A program made the translations under genes and the position numbers. From Lentimonas sp. (lineage in GTDB: Bacteria > Pseudomonadota > Alphaproteobacteria > Rickettsiales > UBA1997), in contig JBLHVR010000001.1 of NCBI GenBank assembly GCA_047628655.1, forward strand, positions 1 through 62,983: a stretch of 62,983 nt of DNA, written 5' to 3'. The notes under the pieces are model-generated. The model did not search any database. It worked only from the letters and a program-made list of their open reading frames with translations, and was not told the DNA's origin. This document shows positions 19,455 through 30,288 of the stretch, piece by piece (the stretch's first letter is position 1; each line of letters begins with the position of its first letter).

Positions 19455-20375
19455 ATGAGCAATAAAATAATAAATATCAACAATATCAGCAAAACCTACG
19501 GTGGAGGTTTTCAGGCTTTAAAGAACATAAATCTAGAAATTAATGAAGGTGAAATCTTCGCTTTGCTTGGTTCAAACGGCGCCGGAAAAACAACGTTAAT
19601 TAGCATTATTTGTGGCCTTGCCAATTTAAGCAGCGGTGAAATTAAAGTTGGTGGACATGATATTATAAAAGATTATCGCGCCGCCCGATCTTTAATTGGC
19701 CTTGTTCCACAAGAGCTAACGACAGACATGTTTGAAACAGTTTATGACACAGTAGTTTACACCAGAGGGTTATTTGGAAAAAAGAAAAATCCTGCTCTTA
19801 TTGAGAAAACCCTGAAGGATTTATCTTTGTGGGAAAAGAGAAATAGTAAAATCGTCACCCTTTCTGGCGGAATGAAACGCCGCGTGATGATTGCAAAAGC
19901 CTTATCTCACGAACCTAAAATATTATTTTTGGATGAACCCACCGCTGGCGTCGATGTTAAATTGCGCAAAGATATGTGGAATTTGGTTTCAAATTTGAGG
20001 AAATCCGGCGTTACAATAATTTTAACCACTCACTACATTGACGAAGCTGAACAAATGGCCGACAGAATTGGAGTTATTCAGGCAGGAGAAATCATTCTTA
20101 TTGAAGAAAAAGAAGTTTTGATGAAAAAACTTGGTCAAAAAGAACTACACTTAGAGTTGTTTGAGCCAATCAAAGAAATTCCGCAAGATTTATCATCTTC
20201 AAATTTAAAATTATCAGCAGATGGTCAAATCATTATTTTTACCTATGACGCCACCAAAAAAAATAATGGCATTGCCAGTCTTCTAGAAAAAATGAAGCAA
20301 AATGGCATTATTTATCAAGATTTGAAAACCCACCAAAGCTCCTTAGAAGATATCTTCATCCAACTAGTTAAATAA
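19455..20375 (+). CDS. ABC transporter ATP-binding protein (ABC-2 / drug-exporter type)
   Basis: Walker [10 protein letters not shown], signature LSGGMKRR, Walker [13 protein letters not shown]. Confidence 0.9.
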   Translation: MSNKIININNISKTYGGGFQALKNINLEINEGEIFALLGSNGAGKTTLISIICGLANLSSGEIKVGGHDIIKDYRAARSLIGLVPQELTTDMFETVYDTVVYTRGLFGKKKNPALIEKTLKDLSLWEKRNSKIVTLSGGMKRRVMIAKALSHEPKILFLDEPTAGVDVKLRKDMWNLVSNLRKSGVTIILTTHYIDEAEQMADRIGVIQAGEIILIEEKEVLMKKLGQKELHLELFEPIKEIPQDLSSSNLKLSADGQIIIFTYDATKKNNGIASLLEKMKQNGIIYQDLKTHQSSLEDIFIQLVK

Positions 20376-20376
20376 A

Positions 20377-21138
20377 ATGAATTTCACATCAATATCAGCA
20401 ATCTACAAATTTGAAATGGCTCGCTCATTTCGCACCATCAGAGAAAGCATTGCAGCTCCAGTTCTTTCAACAGTGCTTTATTTCATAGTTTTTGGCACCG
20501 CAATTGGCTCAAGAATGCCAGAAATTGATGGAGTGGCTTATGGAGCGTTCATCGTTCCGGGTTTGATAATGCTGACAATTTTGAATCAAAGCATTTCTAA
20601 CGCCGCCTTTGGAATTTATATGCCCCGATTTTCAGGAACAATTTATGAGATTTTATCAGCACCAATTTCTTATGTTGAAATTCTGGCCGGATATGTTGGG
20701 GCAGCAGCCACAAAATCGATTATGATTGCTTTAATAATATTGCTCACTTCAACTTTCTTTGTCGATCTAGAAATTAAACATCCCATCTGGATGCTCCTAT
20801 TCCTCGTTCTAACTTGCATAACTTTTAGCCTTCTGGGTTTCATTATTGGAGTTTGGGCCGATGGTTTTCCAAAATTACAATCCATCCCTCTTTTGGTAAT
20901 TACACCTCTGTCATTTTTGGGTGGAAGTTTTTATTCCATCAAAATGTTACCGGAATTTTGGCAAACAATTTCTTTGGCAAATCCTGTGCTTTATCTAATT
21001 AGTGGCTTTCGCTGGAGTTTTTATGAATCGTCAGATGTTAGTCTGCCAATATGTTTAGCAGTGGTAATTTTGTTCTTATGCATTTGTATTTTCACAGTTT
21101 CTAGAATTTTCAAAACTGGTTATCGCATCAAGGCTTAA
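20377..21138 (+). CDS. ABC-2 type transporter permease
   Basis: 253 aa with six predicted TM segments, starting 1 nt after the ATPase stop. Typical YadH-like layout. Confidence 0.85.
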   Translation: MNFTSISAIYKFEMARSFRTIRESIAAPVLSTVLYFIVFGTAIGSRMPEIDGVAYGAFIVPGLIMLTILNQSISNAAFGIYMPRFSGTIYEILSAPISYVEILAGYVGAAATKSIMIALIILLTSTFFVDLEIKHPIWMLLFLVLTCITFSLLGFIIGVWADGFPKLQSIPLLVITPLSFLGGSFYSIKMLPEFWQTISLANPVLYLISGFRWSFYESSDVSLPICLAVVILFLCICIFTVSRIFKTGYRIKA

Positions 21139-21242
21139 TTTATGAAAAGCGAAATTATTACAGAGGATTCTATAAAAAGATTGGTAAAAGCGAAAACATA
21201 GCTCGCAGCCTAAAATATTCCCTATGCCAAGAATTATAGATA

Positions 21243-21893
21243 TTAGGCCTCTTCAACCTTTAAAGCCTTAAATTCTTGATCTTTCTCATCAAATTCTTCA
21301 ATCATTCCATCATCAATATTAAAATACCAACTGCGAATAGTTAGGTCATTTCCTTCGGACCTTTTTTTGATCCAGGGAAAAGTCAAAAGATTACTAAGGG
21401 ACTTTATCAGTGCTGATTTTGAACAATGCGTAACTTGATTTTCAACGCTTTCGTGAGGAAATTTGTCAATTGTTTCTAGCATTGAAGGTCGAGCAATTTC
21501 CATCCATTTATCAATGAAACTTTCTGGCCTGCCAGAATTATATCTTCCTTCAACTAAAGCCCTAATTCCACCACAATAAGAATGACCCAGAATAATAATA
21601 TGTTTAATATTAAGGCCGGTAATTCCAAATTCTAAAGCAGCAGAAGTTCCATGATGTCCACCATCATTATTATAAGGAGGGACTAAGTTGGCAACATTGC
21701 GCACCACGAATAAATCTCCCGGTTTGCAATTCAAAATAATTGCTGGATCAACCCTGGAATCAGAACAAGCAATAACCAGAACTTTAGGTTTTTGCCCTTT
21801 TTTTAGCTCAAGATAAAGATCATCACCGCCAGCAAAATATTTTTGACGGAATTCTTGGTAGCCATTTAAAACATATTGTAAATTCTCAGACAT
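21243..21893 (-). CDS. Beta-class carbonic anhydrase
   Basis: CSDSRV and HSYCGG zinc-ligand motifs. The track ORF extends to 21992 and would overlap tkt by 92 nt. The conserved N-terminus MSENLQYVLNGYQEFR starts at the ATG ending at 21893. Confidence 0.9.
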   Translation of the reverse strand: MSENLQYVLNGYQEFRQKYFAGGDDLYLELKKGQKPKVLVIACSDSRVDPAIILNCKPGDLFVVRNVANLVPPYNNDGGHHGTSAALEFGITGLNIKHIIILGHSYCGGIRALVEGRYNSGRPESFIDKWMEIARPSMLETIDKFPHESVENQVTHCSKSALIKSLSNLLTFPWIKKRSEGNDLTIRSWYFNIDDGMIEEFDEKDQEFKALKVEEA

Positions 21894-21900
21894 ATCTAAA

Positions 21901-23874
21901 TTAAAACAATTTACTTTCAATAATATTAACCACATTCTTGGCGGTAATTCCAAAATGCTCATATAATTTGTCAGCAGGAGCAGAAGCACCAAAACTATTC
22001 ATTCCAACAAACTCTCCTTTTTGACCTAAATAACCTTCCCATCCTTGAGATAAAGCTGCTTCTACAACAATATTTAGATCATTTTTATTACCCAAGATTT
22101 CCTTTTTATATGCGGCGCTTTGCGCTGCAAAAATATCTAAACAAGGCATTGAAACAACTTTAGCAGCAATGTTCTTTTCTGCTAATAGTTTTTGAGCATT
22201 AACCGCAACTTCCACTTCCGAACCTGTGGCAATAATTGTTGCCTGCGCCTCTCCTTCACAATCAGAAATTATATATCCACCTTTTGCAACAGCTGCAGAA
22301 TTACCATTAAAGAATGGAATATTTTGTCTACTTAATGAAAGCCCAGAAGGGGTTTCTTTATTTTCCAAAGCAACTTCATAACAGCCAATGGTTTCCATTA
22401 AATCACAAGGCCTAAAAACATTGAAATTTGGAATTGCCCTCAGCATTGCCAAATGCTCAACCGGCTGATGAGTTGGCCCATCTTCGCCAAGACCAATAGA
22501 ATCATGAGTTAAAACATAGATAACCTGTTGGCGCATTAAAGCTGAAAGACGCATTGCCGGTTTCATGTAATCTGAAAATACTAAGAAAGTTCCAGAATAT
22601 GGAATGAAGCCGCTATGAAGCGCAATTCCATTCATTATGGCCGCCATTGAATGTTCGCGAATTCCGTAATGGATGTATCTACCAGCAAAATCATCTCTGT
22701 TAATTGCAACCGAAGCGCTGGAAGTTCTAGTGTTAACCGAACCTGTTAAATCAGCTGATCCAGCAATTAATTGGCCAATTTTTTTAGTTAAAACTTCCAA
22801 AACTTCACCGGAAGATTTACGACTAGCCATTCCTTTTTTATCAGATAAAACCTTAGCCTTTAATTCATCTAATTCTTTCTCAAAACTTGGTAATTCTTTT
22901 CTTTTGAAATCGGTAAATTCTTGTCTTGAAGAAGATTTATTTAAATTTCCCTGCCAATTTTGGTAATCAACTTGGCTTCTTTTAGAAACTTCACGCCAAT
23001 CGTGAAGCACATTTTCTGGAATTTCAAATTCAGCATAATTCCAATTTAACTTTTCTTTAGTTTTAATAATTTCTTCTGCACCTAAAGGAGAACCGTGCGC
23101 GGAAGCTGAATTAGCCTTATTTGGAGAACCAAAACCAATTTGAGTTTTACAGGCAATCATTACAGGCTTATCAGAATCTTGCGCTTCTTTTAACGCGCTT
23201 CTAATTTCATCAAAATTATGACCATCAGCCTTTAAAACCTTCCAACCGCAAGATTCAAAACGCATCTTCATATTCTCGCAAGTAGCAAGATTAACATTTC
23301 CATCAATAGAAATTTCATTATCATCCCACAAAACCACTAAATTAGAAAGCTTCAAATTTCCGGCAAAAGAAATTGCTTCATAACTAATTCCTTCCATCAA
23401 ACAACCATCACCAACAACACAGTAAGTTTTATGACTCACTAAATCGTCGCCAAATTTAGCATTTTCCATTCTTTCAGCAAGAGCCATTCCCACAGCATTA
23501 GCAATTCCTTGACCCAAAGGACCGGTTGTGGTTTCAGTGGCTAAAAATTCACCATATTCAGGATGGCCAGCGGTTTTGCTATGTAATTGCCTAAAATTCT
23601 TTAAATCATCAAGAGAAATATCTTCATAACCAACCAGATAAAACAGCGAATAAAGCAGCATTGAGCCATGTCCTGCCGACAGAATAAAGCGATCTCGATC
23701 TTCCCATTTTGGATCGGCAACATTGAATTTCAAAAATTCAGAAAACAAAACTGAAGCCACATCCGCCATTCCCATTGGCATTCCGGGATGACCAGAATTA
23801 GCTTTTTGAACTGCATCGATCGACAAAAAGCGAATGGCGTTTGCCATTAATTTTAAATTAGAATTATTGGTCAT
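21901..23874 (-). CDS. tkt: Transketolase
   Basis: 657 aa with SGHPGMPMGMADV, GHGSMLLYS, GPLGQGIANAVGMA, VGDGCLMEGIS, THDSIGLGEDGPTHQP. Confidence 0.96.
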   Translation of the reverse strand: MTNNSNLKLMANAIRFLSIDAVQKANSGHPGMPMGMADVASVLFSEFLKFNVADPKWEDRDRFILSAGHGSMLLYSLFYLVGYEDISLDDLKNFRQLHSKTAGHPEYGEFLATETTTGPLGQGIANAVGMALAERMENAKFGDDLVSHKTYCVVGDGCLMEGISYEAISFAGNLKLSNLVVLWDDNEISIDGNVNLATCENMKMRFESCGWKVLKADGHNFDEIRSALKEAQDSDKPVMIACKTQIGFGSPNKANSASAHGSPLGAEEIIKTKEKLNWNYAEFEIPENVLHDWREVSKRSQVDYQNWQGNLNKSSSRQEFTDFKRKELPSFEKELDELKAKVLSDKKGMASRKSSGEVLEVLTKKIGQLIAGSADLTGSVNTRTSSASVAINRDDFAGRYIHYGIREHSMAAIMNGIALHSGFIPYSGTFLVFSDYMKPAMRLSALMRQQVIYVLTHDSIGLGEDGPTHQPVEHLAMLRAIPNFNVFRPCDLMETIGCYEVALENKETPSGLSLSRQNIPFFNGNSAAVAKGGYIISDCEGEAQATIIATGSEVEVAVNAQKLLAEKNIAAKVVSMPCLDIFAAQSAAYKKEILGNKNDLNIVVEAALSQGWEGYLGQKGEFVGMNSFGASAPADKLYEHFGITAKNVVNIIESKLF

Positions 23875-23976
23875 TGGAAAGATTAAATGATTTGACTTAT
23901 TTATGATTTTGAACAGAATTTTGGACCTTAGCGCCGCAAATAATATGCCGCTATTATTTAAGAATAAAGCTTAATT

Positions 23977-24753
23977 ATGACTTCCAATAAAAATATTCAA
24001 TCTCAGCCTCTCATCAAATTATTACCTAATTTGGTCACAATCATTGGGCTTTGCGCTGGCCTTTCCGCCATTAGATTTGCAATTAATGAAAATTGGATAA
24101 TATCGGTTTCATTCCTACTGTTTGCCGGCTTCCTAGACGGTGTTGATGGACGGTTAGCAAGATATCTAAATTCTTCCAGCGAGTTTGGTGCGCAGCTTGA
24201 TTCACTGGTCGATTTTGTTAATTTTGGCGTTGTTCCAGGGTTCATAATTTACATGTGGGTTGGCAATGCCGATGTTTTTGGTTTTGATTGGGGCTTAGTT
24301 CTGTTTTTTGCCGTCTGTATGTCACTAAGACTAGCACGATTTAACGCCGCTTTAAACCAAGAAAGTGATAATCCAGAATTAGAAAAATATTTTTTCAAAG
24401 GAATTCCAGCTCCTTGTGGAGCCGCAATGGCAATGCTGCCTTTAATTCTTCATTTTGAATTCGGCCCAATCTACATTCTAAGTGATGCCAGATTTATCCT
24501 TGCTTATTGTTTTGTTCTTTCAATTTTAATTGCCAGCGAAATTCCAACAATTTCCATTAAGAAAATTCCAATTCGAAATGATTTTCTCTATCTAACTATG
24601 CTAATTTTAGGATTAATTACCATCGGCCTAATCATTAAACCCTGGCTGGCACTTACAATAATTGGCAGTCTTTATGTATTTTCAATTCCAGTCACTAGCT
24701 TCTTTTACTTAAAAATTAAATATTGCAAGAAATGTCCAAAAAAAGAATCTTAA
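23977..24753 (+). CDS. pssA: CDP-diacylglycerol--serine O-phosphatidyltransferase (CDP-alcohol phosphatidyltransferase family)
   Basis: Motif DGVDGRLARYLNSSSEFGAQLDSLVD in a polytopic membrane protein of typical size. Confidence 0.85.
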   Translation: MTSNKNIQSQPLIKLLPNLVTIIGLCAGLSAIRFAINENWIISVSFLLFAGFLDGVDGRLARYLNSSSEFGAQLDSLVDFVNFGVVPGFIIYMWVGNADVFGFDWGLVLFFAVCMSLRLARFNAALNQESDNPELEKYFFKGIPAPCGAAMAMLPLILHFEFGPIYILSDARFILAYCFVLSILIASEIPTISIKKIPIRNDFLYLTMLILGLITIGLIIKPWLALTIIGSLYVFSIPVTSFFYLKIKYCKKCPKKES

Positions 24754-25181
24754 TTATAAACGGCCCCAATTTAAATATGCTCGACCGCAGAGATGCCAAA
24801 ATTTATGGCGGCGAAAGCTTAGAAAAAGCACGAGATAATTGCCAACAATTGGCCAAAGAATTAGGTTTTGAGATCGATTTTAAGCAAAATAATTTCGAAG
24901 GAGAAATAGTAGAATCTATCCAGAATGCCGTTGATAAGTTTGACGGAATAATCATTAATGCCGCCGCTTACACTCACACTTCCATCGCTATACGTGATGC
25001 TTTGGAAATTTTTGAAGGCGTTAAAATTGAAATTCACATTTCCAACATTTACAAAAGAGAAAAATTCCGCCATAAATCTTTCCTTTCCGACATTGTTAAT
25101 GCCACGATTACAGGCTTTGGAATTAAAGGATATACTTTGGCTTTGCTAGGAGTTAGCAATTTACTTGATGAAGAAATTTAA
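24732..25181 (+). CDS. aroQ: 3-dehydroquinate dehydratase, type II
   Basis: ILIINGPNLNML, INAAAYTHTSIAIRDA, EIHISNIYKRE. The ATG at 24732 overlaps the pssA 3' end by 22 nt. Confidence 0.92.
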   Translation: MSKKRILIINGPNLNMLDRRDAKIYGGESLEKARDNCQQLAKELGFEIDFKQNNFEGEIVESIQNAVDKFDGIIINAAAYTHTSIAIRDALEIFEGVKIEIHISNIYKREKFRHKSFLSDIVNATITGFGIKGYTLALLGVSNLLDEEI

Positions 25182-25186
25182 ATCAC

Positions 25187-25561
25187 ATGCAACAAATTGA
25201 AGCAATGCTTATTACCCTTGACGGGATAGGATTTCGGGCCATTAAGGATGAAGATAAAATTCAACTTATTGAATATGGCGGTGGAGATGATCAAGAATCT
25301 ATTCTTGAGGAAATTTCTCACTGCATAAAAGTTTTTATCACTTTTGATAATCCAGAAAGAGAGGAATCTGACTATTTATTCCAAGGATGTGAATTAAAAG
25401 TTCCTTTTGATGAGCCAGAACTGAAATCTCAAGCCCAAGAAGTTAAGTTTTATGTCACTTCAATTTTAAATGAACATGGCATTTTTAATAAAGATCCAGA
25501 TTTAATAGGAGAAGAAATTGAAGATTTGGCGTCTTCTCCAGAAGAAACGATTGTTCCTTAG
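25187..25561 (+). CDS. Hypothetical acidic protein
   Basis: 124-aa ORF rich in D/E, 5 nt after aroQ. No recognisable motif. Confidence 0.45.
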   Translation: MQQIEAMLITLDGIGFRAIKDEDKIQLIEYGGGDDQESILEEISHCIKVFITFDNPEREESDYLFQGCELKVPFDEPELKSQAQEVKFYVTSILNEHGIFNKDPDLIGEEIEDLASSPEETIVP

Positions 25562-25673
25562 GTTCTTTAATAACAGAATCTTTTTGACTTTCATCTCCTC
25601 GACAAATAATCTCCCCCCTTCCTAAAACAAACTGTTTTAATCAGGTTTTTCTCACACTAAATAAAGCGCGAAT

Positions 25674-27944
25674 ATGGTAATTAAAAATAAAATTCAGTCC
25701 AACAGACCGAACAACGAAATTGAAGCTTTAACTTTTCACTCTTCTGGAAAACCAGGAAAAGTTGAAATGACTCCAACCAAAGCACTTAACACTCAAAGAG
25801 ATTTAGCTTTAGCATATTCTCCAGGAGTTGCAATTCCTTGTTTGGAAATTGCTAAAGACCCTGAATTGGCATATGATTACACCGCAAAAGGAAATTATGT
25901 AGCAGTAATCTCTAATGGAACAGCAGTTCTTGGGCTTGGAAATTTGGGCGCTTTAGCTGGAAAACCAGTCATGGAAGGAAAATCAGTTTTATTCAAACGC
26001 TTTGCCGATATTGATTCTGTAGATATTGAAGTTGCAACTGAAGATGCGGACGAATTTATTAACGCAGTCAAATATCTTGGCCCAACTTGGGGCGGAATTA
26101 ATCTTGAAGACATTAAAGCTCCAGAATGCTTCATTATTGAAAACAAATTAAAGGAATTAATGGACATTCCTGTATTTCATGACGATCAACATGGAACAGC
26201 AATTGTTTCGGCGGCCGGAATTATTAACGCGCTTCACATTGCTAACAAAAAATTTGAAGATGTTAAAGTGGTTGTAAATGGTGCTGGTTCAGCTGGAATT
26301 GCCTGTTTAGAACTCTTAAAATCCATGGGAGTTGGCCACAATAATGCCATTTTATGTGACACCAAAGGCGTTATTTACAAAGGAAGAGTGGCAGGAATGA
26401 ATCAGTGGAAATCTGCTCACGCCGCTGAAACTGAAGATAGAACTTTATCTGACGCAATGAAAAATGCCGATGTTTTCTTGGGTCTTTCAGTAAAAGGTGC
26501 CGTTTCAAAAGAAATGGTTAAATCAATGGCTAAAAACCCAGTAATTTTTGCAATGGCTAATCCTGATCCAGAAATTACTCCAGAAGAAGTTCATGAAGTT
26601 AGAAAAGACGCAATTGTAGCAACTGGCAGAAGTGATTATGAAAACCAAGTAAATAATGTTATGGGTTTCCCTTACATTTTCCGTGGCGCTTTAGATGTTC
26701 GAGCCTGCACCATTAACGAGGAAATGAAAATTGCCGCCGCTAATGCTATTGCAGAACTGGCTCGCGAACATGTTCCAGATGACGTAATGAAAGCTTACGG
26801 AAAAAATGACATGAAGTTTGGCCCAAATTACATCATTCCAACTCCTTTCGATAATCGCCTAATTAGCGTTGTTCCAGTTGCAGTTGCCAAAGCCGCTGTT
26901 GAATCTGGAGTTGCAAGAAAACCAATTAAAGATTGGGATGCCTATGCCAAAAGGCTTCAAGCTAGACGCGACCCAACTGCCAATTCTTTGAGTTTAATTT
27001 TTGAAAAATTAAAGCAAAATCCTAAGAAAATGATTTTTGCCGAAGGTGAGCAACCAGAAAGCATTCGAGTTGCTTCAATGTGGCGTGATCACGGCTATGG
27101 TAAGGCTGTTCTAATTGGTAAAGAAAGAATTGTTCTGGAAAATATGGAAGAAATGGGAATTTCTCCAGAAGGAATCGAGATTTACAATGCTTCTGTTTCT
27201 AACGAAACCACTAAATATGTTGACCATCTCTACAATGAATTAAAAAGAGAGGGTGTTTTATATTCCGATTGCAAAAGAATGATTCATCATGATCGCAATT
27301 GTTTTGCCGCTTCTATGCTTTCTTGTGGAACTGGAGATGCCATGATTACCGGAATTACCAGAGGTTATCGCAAATCTTTAACCGATATTTGGCAAGTAAT
27401 TAAAAACAAGAAAGGCAAAGTTGCACTTGGAATTTCAATGGTGGTTGCCAAAAATCGCACCATTTTTATTGCCGACACTGCTTGTTCTGAACTTTCTTCT
27501 TCAGAAAGACTGGCCCAAATTGCCATTCAAACTGCCAAAAAAGTTGAAGATTTAGGCTTTGTTCCAAGAGTTGCTTTTCTTTCATTTTCTAACTTTGGAA
27601 GCGCCCTTAAAAAGGAATCTAGCAGAATGAAACAAGCTGTAGAAATTTTGGATGGAATGAGCGTAGAATTTGAATATGATGGTGAAATGAGTGCCGATGT
27701 AGCTCTTAACGCCGAAAAATTAGCCTTCTATCCCTTCTGTCGCCTAACAGCGCCAGCCAACATTCTAATTTGTCCAGGTTTGCATTCTGCTAACATTGCC
27801 ACTAAACTCTTAGAAGAGATGGGCGAATGCTCAGTAGTTGGGCCAATTCTAACTGGCTTTGAAAAAGCAGTGCAAATAGTTCCAATGCGCTCAACTGTTA
27901 ACGAAATCTTAAATATGGCTGCACTTGCAGCAATTGATAATTAA
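25674..27944 (+). CDS. maeB: NADP-dependent malic enzyme (malic enzyme domain plus phosphotransacetylase-like domain)
   Basis: 756 aa with LALAYSPGVA, VISNGTAVLGLGNLG, FHDDQHGTAIV, VNGAGSAGIA, and a C-terminal PTA-like half. Confidence 0.95.
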   Translation: MVIKNKIQSNRPNNEIEALTFHSSGKPGKVEMTPTKALNTQRDLALAYSPGVAIPCLEIAKDPELAYDYTAKGNYVAVISNGTAVLGLGNLGALAGKPVMEGKSVLFKRFADIDSVDIEVATEDADEFINAVKYLGPTWGGINLEDIKAPECFIIENKLKELMDIPVFHDDQHGTAIVSAAGIINALHIANKKFEDVKVVVNGAGSAGIACLELLKSMGVGHNNAILCDTKGVIYKGRVAGMNQWKSAHAAETEDRTLSDAMKNADVFLGLSVKGAVSKEMVKSMAKNPVIFAMANPDPEITPEEVHEVRKDAIVATGRSDYENQVNNVMGFPYIFRGALDVRACTINEEMKIAAANAIAELAREHVPDDVMKAYGKNDMKFGPNYIIPTPFDNRLISVVPVAVAKAAVESGVARKPIKDWDAYAKRLQARRDPTANSLSLIFEKLKQNPKKMIFAEGEQPESIRVASMWRDHGYGKAVLIGKERIVLENMEEMGISPEGIEIYNASVSNETTKYVDHLYNELKREGVLYSDCKRMIHHDRNCFAASMLSCGTGDAMITGITRGYRKSLTDIWQVIKNKKGKVALGISMVVAKNRTIFIADTACSELSSSERLAQIAIQTAKKVEDLGFVPRVAFLSFSNFGSALKKESSRMKQAVEILDGMSVEFEYDGEMSADVALNAEKLAFYPFCRLTAPANILICPGLHSANIATKLLEEMGECSVVGPILTGFEKAVQIVPMRSTVNEILNMAALAAIDN

Positions 27945-27958
27945 AATTTGGAGAAATT

Positions 27959-28363
27959 ATGGCAGAACAATCAGGGCCAAGTGCTGGTGAAATAGCAACG
28001 ATGGGTTCGTCAAAACATGCTGATGTACAGGGAAGCGCAGGAAACCTACCATCCAGCGATCCTTCTAAACTTCCCCCAATTCATAGTAAGCTTGGAACAT
28101 CAATGGAAGGTAATAATTTGGATAACACGCTATCTTTAGGTAGCGGTGTGGATGGAACCTTCAAATCTTTTAACGATGGAGCATTTGAAACTGATATGGG
28201 AGCAGCAATAGATGGACTAGCGCCATTTAAAAGCACAACAGCAGAACTAACAGATTTTAACGGTGTAAACCCAGGAGCAACAGATCTTGAAAAAGCTGTA
28301 TCTCCTTCTGAGGCACTGAATGTTAAAGATTCTGGATTGGATGTAGCTGGAATTAGTCAGTAA
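27959..28363 (+). CDS. Hypothetical G/S/D/A-rich, probably disordered protein
   Basis: 134-aa ORF with a GGAG Shine-Dalgarno 6 nt upstream of the ATG. It has no hydrophobic segment and is visibly more G+C-rich than its neighbours. Confidence 0.5.
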   Translation: MAEQSGPSAGEIATMGSSKHADVQGSAGNLPSSDPSKLPPIHSKLGTSMEGNNLDNTLSLGSGVDGTFKSFNDGAFETDMGAAIDGLAPFKSTTAELTDFNGVNPGATDLEKAVSPSEALNVKDSGLDVAGISQ

Positions 28364-28365
28364 TA

Positions 28366-28389
28366 GGAAGTGGAATTTTCCCCACTTCC
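28366..28389 (+). terminator. Possible stem-loop terminator (8-bp stem GGAAGTGG/CCACTTCC, 8-nt loop), no clear U-tract
   Basis: Read directly from the sequence, 3 nt after the stop of the 134-aa ORF, in a convergent gap with gcvPB. Confidence 0.3.
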
Positions 28390-28532
28390 CAACTCTTAAG
28401 TTCTGGAAACAGATAAATATTGCAGAAAACACTAAATTCTAGTGCTTTTTTTTGCATAAATATTTTCTGTCCTATCTTGCACCAAACTCACGCCACAAAA
28501 TAAAAATCACTTCTGCTCTTACAATCAAGAAA

Positions 28533-30029
28533 TTAATTCAAATTTCCTTCTTCCATCCAAGTCAAAATAGGATTCTTAGCAGCTTTCACTTCATCCATTC
28601 TTCTCATTGGAGTAGAAACTGGGTAAGAGTGAAATTTATCACCTTCACCTTTCTCAACTTCCTTAGAAATATAAATCATGGTATTGATAAATTGGTCGAT
28701 AGATTCTTTCGTTTCAGTTTCAGTTGGCTCAATTAACATTGCGCCTGAAAACACCAATGGGAAGAAAACAGTCATTGGATGAAAACCATATTCAACCAAA
28801 GCTTTAGCAATGTCTAAAGTTCCAATATCTTTGGCTTTTTGTAATTTATCGGTTAACAAACATTCATGCATGCAATGTCCTTCCAAAGGAGCGTGGTAAT
28901 GATCTTTCAATTTTGACAAAATATAATTGGCAGATAAAACCGCATCTTCCGCAACTTTTTGTAAGCCGTCAGATCCATGAGAAAGCATGTAGGTTAATGC
29001 TCTAACCATCATTCCAAATTGACCATGAAAACCTTTCACTTTTCCAACTGAATTTTCTGGAGTAACAAATTTAAATGCAACTTCACTTCCTTTTCCTTGT
29101 TTTACAACATGAGGAGAAGGCAAAAACTGCCCAAGATCAGAACGAACTGCAATTGGTCCAGAACCTGGTCCACCGCCTCCATGAGGAGTTGAAAAAGTTT
29201 TGTGCAAATTAAAATGCATCACATCCACGCCTAAATCTGCTGGCCTAACCTTGCCAACAATGGCGTTAAAATTAGCTCCATCACAATAAAAATAAGCACC
29301 AATTTCATGAATTAAATCAGCAATTTCTTTAATTTTTGTTTCAAACTTTCCGCAAGTATTCGGATTAGTTAACATAATTGCTGCAATTTCATCTTTATTT
29401 TCTGCCAAAATTTGCTTGAAAGCTTCAAAATCAACCACACCATCTTTACTTGGAATAACCTTAGTTTTAAAACCACAAACTACTGCTGTTGCTGGATTTG
29501 TTCCATGAGCAGAATCTGGAATTAAAACGATTGATCTTTTAAGTCCTTTAGTTTCCAAAGCTTTTTTAATAACCAACATTCCAGAAAGTTCCCCTTGCGC
29601 GCCCGCAGCAGGAGCAAGAGATACTTCTTCAAGTCCAGTTAAAGTGCTAAGCCAAAATTGCAAATTATGCATTAATTCCAACGCACCTTGAACAGTTGAC
29701 TCATCTTGCAAAGGGTGAATATTGGCCAAACCTTTAAAACGAGCAACTTTTTCATTCAAACGTGGATTATGCTTCATCGTGCAAGAACCAAGCGGATAAA
29801 AACCACCATCAATTGAATAATTCTGAGAAGACAAGCGCACGAAATGACGAATCACTTGCGGCTCATTAACTTGTGGCAAACCAATTTCGACCCTAGCTTT
29901 TCCACCAATTCTTAATTCAAATTTAGGAATCTCCGGCAAATCAACGCCAATTGCGCCTTTTTTACTTTGTTTAATTAAAAGTTCAGTTGAGTGATTTAAT
30001 CCAACTTGTGGGGGAACGAAATTTTCCAT
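28533..30029 (-). CDS. gcvPB: Glycine dehydrogenase (decarboxylating) subunit 2 (P-protein beta)
   Basis: 498 aa with YPLGSCTMKHNP, the PLP region HFNLHKTFSTPHGGGGPG, and MLIEPTETE. Confidence 0.93.
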   Translation of the reverse strand: MENFVPPQVGLNHSTELLIKQSKKGAIGVDLPEIPKFELRIGGKARVEIGLPQVNEPQVIRHFVRLSSQNYSIDGGFYPLGSCTMKHNPRLNEKVARFKGLANIHPLQDESTVQGALELMHNLQFWLSTLTGLEEVSLAPAAGAQGELSGMLVIKKALETKGLKRSIVLIPDSAHGTNPATAVVCGFKTKVIPSKDGVVDFEAFKQILAENKDEIAAIMLTNPNTCGKFETKIKEIADLIHEIGAYFYCDGANFNAIVGKVRPADLGVDVMHFNLHKTFSTPHGGGGPGSGPIAVRSDLGQFLPSPHVVKQGKGSEVAFKFVTPENSVGKVKGFHGQFGMMVRALTYMLSHGSDGLQKVAEDAVLSANYILSKLKDHYHAPLEGHCMHECLLTDKLQKAKDIGTLDIAKALVEYGFHPMTVFFPLVFSGAMLIEPTETETKESIDQFINTMIYISKEVEKGEGDKFHSYPVSTPMRRMDEVKAAKNPILTWMEEGNLN

Positions 30030-30286
30030 TATTTAGTTTTATTTTGCGTTAGTAATAATTCGTAAAGAGATTCAGGAGCAATATCAGCATCATTTTTCCA
30101 AGAAAGAGTACTGCCTCTAATTGTAAAATTTTTAAAATAATTAACATCTTTCAAAGGCTCGAAAACCCCACTTTTGCTTTTTATTTTTTCTTCCAAATCA
30201 ATCTCACCATTTTGGCCATCGGAGAATGTAATCCAAACCTTGTAATCTTTGATGTATTTGGCACTTTTCACCAGATAATTGAACAT
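30029..30286 (-). CDS. DUF2442 family protein
   Basis: 85 aa with KVWITFSDGQNGEIDL...DVNYFKNFTI...TLSWKNDADIAPESLY, typical of DUF2442. Its TAA stop shares one base with the gcvPB ATG (TAATG). Confidence 0.8.
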   Translation of the reverse strand: MFNYLVKSAKYIKDYKVWITFSDGQNGEIDLEEKIKSKSGVFEPLKDVNYFKNFTIRGSTLSWKNDADIAPESLYELLLTQNKTK

Positions 30287-30288
30287 AT

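Noticed and set aside
21894-21992. N-terminal extension of the carbonic anhydrase ORF that overlaps tkt by 92 nt. Similar long 5' extensions occur in the ORF track for secA (to 8654), the secretin (to 39417), rodA (3583), aroQ (24723) and the YgjP-like gene (34766)
   Set aside because: The conserved protein N-termini begin at internal ATGs. The extensions start at TTG or other weak starts, or encode non-conserved residues. I moved the starts and flagged the uncertainty.
28452-28736. 94-aa plus-strand ORF overlapping the gcvPB 3' end, and a 74-aa minus-strand ORF at 31264-31488 overlapping the SIMPL gene
   Set aside because: Both overlap confidently assigned genes, and their translations are low-complexity with no motif or ribosome-binding site.
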